This document shows, piece by piece, positions 58,581 through 64,000 of a DNA stretch of 64,000 bases (the stretch's first letter is position 1; the number at the start of each line of letters is the position of its first letter). Origin of the DNA: Candidatus Thorarchaeota archaeon. Lineage in GTDB: Archaea; Asgardarchaeota; Thorarchaeia; Thorarchaeales; Thorarchaeaceae. Made by a program: the position numbers and the translations under genes. The notes under the pieces are model-generated. The model was given only the letters and a program-made list of their open reading frames with translations. It had not been told where the DNA came from and made no database searches. The stretch spans positions 2,571,912-2,635,911 of the forward strand of contig CP070761.1 in assembly GCA_020348985.1 (NCBI GenBank), written 5' to 3'.

Positions 58581-59372
58581 CTTCACATATTGTTCAATCT
58601 GTTCGACACCCCTCAAAAGACGCAATGAGTTCCTGTGAACGATATCCTCAAGCTCTTCTATGGAAACCCCACGGAACTCAGCCAGATTGTCAAGCAGACT
58701 CTTGAGTTTAGATGAAGGCGGCACCCATCCTTCGCGGGGAATCGTATCCACCTCAACAAGGAGTGCGTCATTAGGTATTTCTCTAACTGCATTCTTGATA
58801 CGATTCGATGCTTCATCATCCCGATATTCTACGAAACCTTGACCCACCGTGAAGTAGTAACCCCTATCTGCGAGCTCTCTCATTCCTTCTGGTTGCTCGT
58901 AGTGACTATGCATGATGACTCTCTTCAGATTGTAGCTACCAAGAATGTCCCTGGCGTCTTTGAAGGTTTCATCTCCTCTCACGTGATTGTTCAAGATGAG
59001 GTCATGCTTCTCCGCTGCGGCTAGGAAGAACTCAAAAAGCGCCTTCTGCATGTGTGGCTCCGCTTCAGCAGGTGAGTGCTTGTAGTCAATTCCAATCTCG
59101 CCAAGCATTCCGACCTCATTCAGGGGGATTTCGATTTCATCCAGTTTCTCGTAGTGCTCATGAGCGTACCATGGAAGAATCCCAAACGCAGGGAACACGA
59201 AGTCGGATCTCTTCGAGATTTCAAGGGTCTCGAAGTATGATGAAATGTCAGTCGAATTCGCTGCAACTAGCATTCTGTTCTTCTCGATATCTGCCAGTGT
59301 TTTGCCCACAAGCTCAGGGTTGTGCCATTTAGAGTCTATGTGGAAGTGCATGTCTACGAGCATTCTAACCAC
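58560..59372 (-). CDS. TatD family hydrolase
   Basis: DMHFH, GEIGIDY, HVR, HS and LVEVD. Confidence 0.9.
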   Translation of the reverse strand: MVRMLVDMHFHIDSKWHNPELVGKTLADIEKNRMLVAANSTDISSYFETLEISKRSDFVFPAFGILPWYAHEHYEKLDEIEIPLNEVGMLGEIGIDYKHSPAEAEPHMQKALFEFFLAAAEKHDLILNNHVRGDETFKDARDILGSYNLKRVIMHSHYEQPEGMRELADRGYYFTVGQGFVEYRDDEASNRIKNAVREIPNDALLVEVDTIPREGWVPPSSKLKSLLDNLAEFRGVSIEELEDIVHRNSLRLLRGVEQIEQYVKLLESGV

Positions 59373-59457
59373 TACCTAGAGTTGTGTGTCGAAGGGTTGA
59401 AATGATAAGCCTGCCTCACAGCGCAACACTCAGAGGAGCAGAGAGTGGAGAATCAAT

Positions 59458-60021
59458 ATGGATTGGTTTCTTCAGAACCACAGTCTCATCTCCGTTTTGT
59501 ACTTCATAGTCATCGCGATTGTTGCCCACCTGTTGACTCCATCTGAGTACGACTGGAAGAGGAATTCTATCAGCGAATTGGGAGCACAGCAGTATGAGAA
59601 CAAGTGGGTGATGCAGATTGGTCTGGGTGGTTTCGGACTCATTCTAACCATAGGCGGCATCTTCAGACTGCTCGGACTTGGCCCGACTTGGTTCGTCGAG
59701 GTGCCAGTTCTGGTCTATGCTGGATCCCTAATACTCACTGGCATATTCTGTACAAAGCCGTTCGTTCAATCAGAAGACTACTCCAAGAGGGAAGACAAAC
59801 TGCACTCGGTCTTTGCCAACCTGACCGGCATCTCGTTCTCGGCCGCTGTGGCAGTACAGAGCATGGTATCTGAGGAATTCATCGGATTCGCGCTCAATAT
59901 TCTTGTACTTGCAGCCACATTGCTGCTGGTTTTTTCATTTGGGAGGTCCGAATCAAAGAGAGGCATCTTCCAACGAGTTACCTTCATTGTTGGATTCCTT
60001 TGGTTGATCTTTCTGTATTGA
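59458..60021 (+). CDS. DUF998 membrane protein
   Basis: YDW..NSISELGA, LH..FA and GIFQR. Confidence 0.8.
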   Translation: MDWFLQNHSLISVLYFIVIAIVAHLLTPSEYDWKRNSISELGAQQYENKWVMQIGLGGFGLILTIGGIFRLLGLGPTWFVEVPVLVYAGSLILTGIFCTKPFVQSEDYSKREDKLHSVFANLTGISFSAAVAVQSMVSEEFIGFALNILVLAATLLLVFSFGRSESKRGIFQRVTFIVGFLWLIFLY

Positions 60022-60038
60022 CGAGGTTTGACCAGTTA

Positions 60039-60950
60039 TTAGCCCGAAATGTGTGCAATCCCATCAGTCACAACAGGCGTATCCTTGCTGTCCACGGCCA
60101 AAAAACGAAATGAATCAAACCCCTCCTCAGTCGGTGCGTCAGCATACACACGTGTCGTTAGTGTCTCACCCATGAATACAGGATTTGAGAACCTCGCGCT
60201 CAAGAATCGAAGACCAGTAGGATCTCCATCAAGGACGCTGTCTACGATTGTCTGCGTTGACATTGCCAGAGTGCAAAGACCGTGTAGGATTGCTCCAGGA
60301 AATCCAAGCCGACGCCCCACTTCATCGTCAGTGTGAAGGGGATTCAAGTCTCCGGATGCCTTTGCATACCTTTTGCCTTGATCAGCGGATACCACAGACG
60401 TTCCCTCAGTAATCAAATGTCTGGTGATCTCTTCGAATTTGGGAGGCGTGGCTTTCTTTTCACTTGTGCCGCCTTTGGTAAGGGCAATGATTCGGAACGT
60501 CATATCTACGAGCTTAGTATCTTCTCGGGTGAGACTCACAATCATGTCAAGCGATTCATGCCTTCCTCGCGAGACAATGTTGGCTATCTCTGCGCTTGAG
60601 TAGACTATGTCACCCGGCCGCACAGATTCAAACCAACGCATTTCTTGCTGAGCATGGACCACACGAGAAGGATCGGCCCCTATCTCGTCGGGATCTAGCC
60701 AGAGTTGTTGGAGAAGGTCGGGCAACACGACAACGGTGTAAAAGGGGGGCGCTATGATTTGCCGGCTATCAGAGTGCGTGAACCGCGTATTGGTCTCGTT
60801 AGTAGCAAGTGCATAAGCCCTGATGCTATCGGCGGTCACATCGAGCGGCGAGCCGCTGTACATCTTGCCAGCAAAATCGCGGTTGAATTGTGATTCAGTC
60901 ATTGTAATTCCACCGTTCTTCGAATCAATATGAATTCCATCACAGGCCAT
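60039..60950 (-). CDS. Double hot-dog MaoC-type (R)-enoyl-CoA hydratase
   Basis: YAKASGDLNPLHTD, ILHG and RFSNPV; probable start 60902. Confidence 0.9.
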   Translation of the reverse strand: MACDGIHIDSKNGGITMTESQFNRDFAGKMYSGSPLDVTADSIRAYALATNETNTRFTHSDSRQIIAPPFYTVVVLPDLLQQLWLDPDEIGADPSRVVHAQQEMRWFESVRPGDIVYSSAEIANIVSRGRHESLDMIVSLTREDTKLVDMTFRIIALTKGGTSEKKATPPKFEEITRHLITEGTSVVSADQGKRYAKASGDLNPLHTDDEVGRRLGFPGAILHGLCTLAMSTQTIVDSVLDGDPTGLRFLSARFSNPVFMGETLTTRVYADAPTEEGFDSFRFLAVDSKDTPVVTDGIAHISG

Positions 60951-61079
60951 CTTCTTCGTTGTAGATTGGGCAACTCCTCAAAGAGATTACAGAGCGACTA
61001 AAAGCTTCCGGAGAAGAATCATCACCTAGCATCGTAGTTTCAGAATTGATATAGGGAGCCCTTTCCTCGACTTCGAGAG

Positions 61080-61889
61080 GTGTCGCACTTGGAAGATAGC
61101 GAAAAAGGACATTATCTGGAAGTCAACGGAATAAACATGTACTACGAGGACCTCGGAGAAGGACATCCATTGATACTCCTCCATGGAGGGTTTGCTTCTG
61201 CTAGATTCCAATGGGGATTGCATATCCCAGTTTTCTCAAAGGAATTCAGAGTTATAGCTCCTGACTGTAGAGGACAGGGAAAGACAGACAATCCAGATGG
61301 ACACTTCAGCTATAGATTGATGGCAGATGACATAGTTGGCTTGATTAATGAGCTCAATCTAGAGAGACCATTCATCTGCGGCTATAGCGATGGAGGACAA
61401 ATAGTCCTAGAGATCGGAATTCGATACCCAGATGTTGCAGGTGCCCTCATTGCCGGAGGGGCACTAGTCGAATTGTCTGACTACTACCTCAACGGCATGA
61501 AGGCAATGGGCGTCGATGGGCCTGGTGAGGTTGATATCGGAAGACTAGGAGAAGCATTCCCAGAGTTTGTAGCAGCTGCGAGTCAAGTTCATGCCGCAGT
61601 CTATGGAGAAGAGTACTGGAAAGTGCTCCTTGTAAACATCTCGAAAATGTGGGCGAATCCGAATGAGTTTCCTGGTGATAGAGTAACTGGCATAAGAGCT
61701 CCTACTCTTGTGATCCAAGGTGATCGAGACGAAGTGATCCCTCTTGAGGATGCCATGACTTTGTACCGGAAGATACCAGGTTCTGAATTGGCCATTGTGC
61801 CAAATGCAGACCATGGCTCATTGATGTCCCAACCGGAAGTCTACTGCTCAATCATCACGGACTTCCTTAAGCGAATCGAAAGTCGATAA
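61080..61889 (+). CDS. Alpha/beta hydrolase
   Basis: LHGG, GYSDGG, GDRD and ADH. Confidence 0.92.
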   Translation: MSHLEDSEKGHYLEVNGINMYYEDLGEGHPLILLHGGFASARFQWGLHIPVFSKEFRVIAPDCRGQGKTDNPDGHFSYRLMADDIVGLINELNLERPFICGYSDGGQIVLEIGIRYPDVAGALIAGGALVELSDYYLNGMKAMGVDGPGEVDIGRLGEAFPEFVAAASQVHAAVYGEEYWKVLLVNISKMWANPNEFPGDRVTGIRAPTLVIQGDRDEVIPLEDAMTLYRKIPGSELAIVPNADHGSLMSQPEVYCSIITDFLKRIESR

Positions 61890-61934
61890 GGAAACAAGGA
61901 CTCATCAGACTGTTCTTGTGACCTGTTTTGACCT

Positions 61935-62834
61935 CTAGGCTTCCCGGAGCGACGGGATGGTCTCGCTAGCGATTCTCTCAAACGACGGAATCTGGTCTGG
62001 GGCGAAGAATGGGTAGAAGAATATCAGCTCATCAATTCCCAAAGCTGTGTATCTCTCAACTATCTTGGTGAAATGCCCCTCTGAAGCGAATGCAGTATTA
62101 CCTTCTGCACCGAATATAAGTAAGGCCCGTCCAATTGTCGCCGGATCCCGACCCATCTCCTCACAGTACTTGTCAAGGATTCTGCTGCGTCTTCGAGTGA
62201 CCTTGACAACAGTCTCAGGTGGAGCACCGAATTCAGCCCCGTAGGAAACCCAAGTGTCGGCAAACTCAGCAGCAATTTTGAGGGATTTCTTCACGTGGGC
62301 CGCAATGGTAAGTGGAGGTCTAGGTTTTTGAATTGGACCAGGAGCCATTATGGTTTCTACAAGATTGTAGTACTTCCCTTGGTAGTTTGAGATTTTGTGT
62401 CGAAGGAGTGTGTCGATTATCTCTACTTGCTCTCGAAACCGTTCAATCCTTTCATCTTGAGACCAATCCTCAATCCCAATCATCTTGTAGCTAGGGTCAA
62501 TACTCCCGGGAGCTCCGGCGCCGATTCCTAGATTCAGTCGCCCATTTGATATGTGATCGACTGTTAGTGCCTGCCTTGCTAGGAGTGCGGGGTTTCGTAG
62601 CGGGATTGCGGTCACCAGAGTACCAATTCTGATCTCTGACGTACAACTGGCCAAGCCTGCAAGAGTAGTCCAGCACTCCAACCAAGGGCTTGTAGGATTT
62701 GCATAATTCACAAAGTGATCTGCAATGAATGTAGAATCAAAACCCATCGAGTCGAACTGCTGCCAAAGACGGACAAGCTCCTGCCAAGGGAGGTCTTGTA
62801 GCACCCCCACACCAAACTTGATTTCGCGATTCAA
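61935..62834 (-). CDS. LLM-class (luciferase-like, probably F420-dependent) oxidoreductase
   Basis: GFDS..IADH, ECWTTLA.LA..T, RNPA.LA.Q..TVDHIS.GR and P.QKPRPP. Confidence 0.92.
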   Translation of the reverse strand: MNREIKFGVGVLQDLPWQELVRLWQQFDSMGFDSTFIADHFVNYANPTSPWLECWTTLAGLASCTSEIRIGTLVTAIPLRNPALLARQALTVDHISNGRLNLGIGAGAPGSIDPSYKMIGIEDWSQDERIERFREQVEIIDTLLRHKISNYQGKYYNLVETIMAPGPIQKPRPPLTIAAHVKKSLKIAAEFADTWVSYGAEFGAPPETVVKVTRRRSRILDKYCEEMGRDPATIGRALLIFGAEGNTAFASEGHFTKIVERYTALGIDELIFFYPFFAPDQIPSFERIASETIPSLREA

Positions 62835-63042
62835 ACTTCCTCGATTGCTTCGATGACTTTCTCCTTATAACTGAGAGTCACTTCAAATGGTCACAAGAAG
62901 CTACTGAGCGGCATACTCCGTATGCTGAACGCTGGTGTGTTTTGAGTTTGCGCAATGTTTGCGTGATTCTCCTAGCTATTTAGTATTGAATGCCAACTAC
63001 TCAACAAGAGAAAGTTACAGTGCAGAGCCGAGGTGTTAGCCG

Positions 63043-63168
63043 GTGGTTGACAATACAAGAAGAAGGAGTCTCTTTAGCAGACTTCACGCACTCAAGAAGA
63101 GATTCATTGATTGGTTTGAGGGTGATGGCGATGAGCTTGACTTTATCATGTCAGCAGAATTGATGTGA
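63043..63168 (+). CDS. Possible 41-aa small protein, absent from the ORF track
   Basis: GAGGTG 7 nt upstream of GTG; MVDNTRRRSLFSRLHALKKRFIDWFEGDGDELDFIMSAELM*. Confidence 0.35.
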   Translation: MVDNTRRRSLFSRLHALKKRFIDWFEGDGDELDFIMSAELM

Positions 63169-63212
63169 TAGCCAGTTGCCTCCATGCTTCCAATCAGAAG
63201 ATCGCGCGAGTG

Positions 63213-64000
63213 CTAGTAGGTGCCTCTCCTCTTCCAGAATACTATCAGGACAATTACTACAACCACCACACCACCGCCGCCCACAACAACCGTCAAGATT
63301 GCTGTAAGTATCTGATCTGGTTGCGTTTGAGTTGTGGTGGTCGCAGTATCTTCAGTTGTAGTAGTGGTTGTTGGTACTTCTTCGATGTAATTAGCAATGG
63401 CAATGTGAGCTTCGTCCATAGTCAGCGTGATGGATGAAACACCGGTCTCGTAATCAAAGCCGTCGACAACCCAATGACTGAACTCGTATCCCTCTATTTC
63501 TGGAGCCGTTAGGTCAACGGATGCACCCTCATCAAACCATTCCAGAAACGGAGTTATTGTCAGTTGAGGTGAGAAGTCATCTGGATTAGATGTGCAGGTC
63601 AGATGGTATTGTGTCTTCCAGACGGCTGTTGCATTCTTTGGACTTTCCATAACAATCACATCTGATTCGGCGTGGTCCGTTCCAGAGGCATCGCCAGCCC
63701 AGTTTGTGAAAACGAATCTTTGTCCAGCGTCGCCATCGACAACAGCCTCATCCAGTCCAGCATGTGCCTCTGCTCCAGCGGCATACCATCCCTCCCCAGA
63801 AGGTGTAGAATGAGCCGTTTCGACGGCCAAGTAGTACTCGGTCTGCCAAGTTGCTGTAACGTTCATTGGACTATTCATCAGAATGTCATCAGATTGTGAG
63901 TAATCTGTGCCTGTTGCATTCCCGCTCCAGTTAATGAAAACATGACGTATTCCAGCATCACCAGGGACTACTCCGCTAGATAGACTCACATTGACAATTG
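63213..64000 (-). CDS. Cell-surface protein with tandem InlB-B/Flg_new-like repeats, Thr-rich linker and C-terminal TM (5'-truncated)
   Basis: Repeats F.NW.G.A.GTD...SD.I.M.SP.N.TA.W.T.Y.L; GYEFSHW; TTTTT; TM followed by KRR; frame is open to the window end. Confidence 0.85.
   Translation of the reverse strand, partial: IVNVSLSSGVVPGDAGIRHVFINWSGNATGTDYSQSDDILMNSPMNVTATWQTEYYLAVETAHSTPSGEGWYAAGAEAHAGLDEAVVDGDAGQRFVFTNWAGDASGTDHAESDVIVMESPKNATAVWKTQYHLTCTSNPDDFSPQLTITPFLEWFDEGASVDLTAPEIEGYEFSHWVVDGFDYETGVSSITLTMDEAHIAIANYIEEVPTTTTTTEDTATTTTQTQPDQILTAILTVVVGGGGVVVVVIVLIVFWKRRGTY

Noticed and set aside
1-64000. CRISPR arrays, transposases, integrases, prophage or defence systems
   Set aside because: No regularly spaced repeats or recognisable mobile/defence motifs were seen by eye

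Overview
Gene-dense archaeal chromosomal segment of moderate GC. It is most likely from an Asgard archaeon (Thorarchaeia-like; inferred, not searched). The archaeal informational genes are rtcB, a class I CCA-adding enzyme, class I LysRS, eS26, eL13, aIF5A, Nob1, TrmY and PAC2. They co-occur with many eukaryotic-signature-like proteins: Arf-like and Rab-like GTPases, a uDENN/longin protein, roadblock proteins, three Bet3/V4R (TRAPP-like) paralogues, alpha-SNAP-like solenoids and a PCI-domain protein. I found one tRNA-Leu(CAG) and no integrase, transposase or CRISPR array. Highlights: (1) a duplicated [roadblock-wHTH + Bet3/V4R] cassette with two paralogous membrane proteins at 29.4-34.4 kb, a candidate proto-TRAPP/GTPase-regulatory membrane system; (2) a longin-Arf-acidic-tail GTPase next to an NPRL2/uDENN-like protein, separated by an unannotated ~280-nt multi-arm structured RNA candidate (4927-5200); (3) a SNAP-like/PCI fusion; (4) a single-chain NikM-N-Q transporter with a candidate NikR operator; (5) small features absent from the ORF track (CdrS-like RHH gene, ICMT-family remnant, possible 41-aa ORF). 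All family assignments come from recognising motifs by eye and need HMM or structure confirmation.
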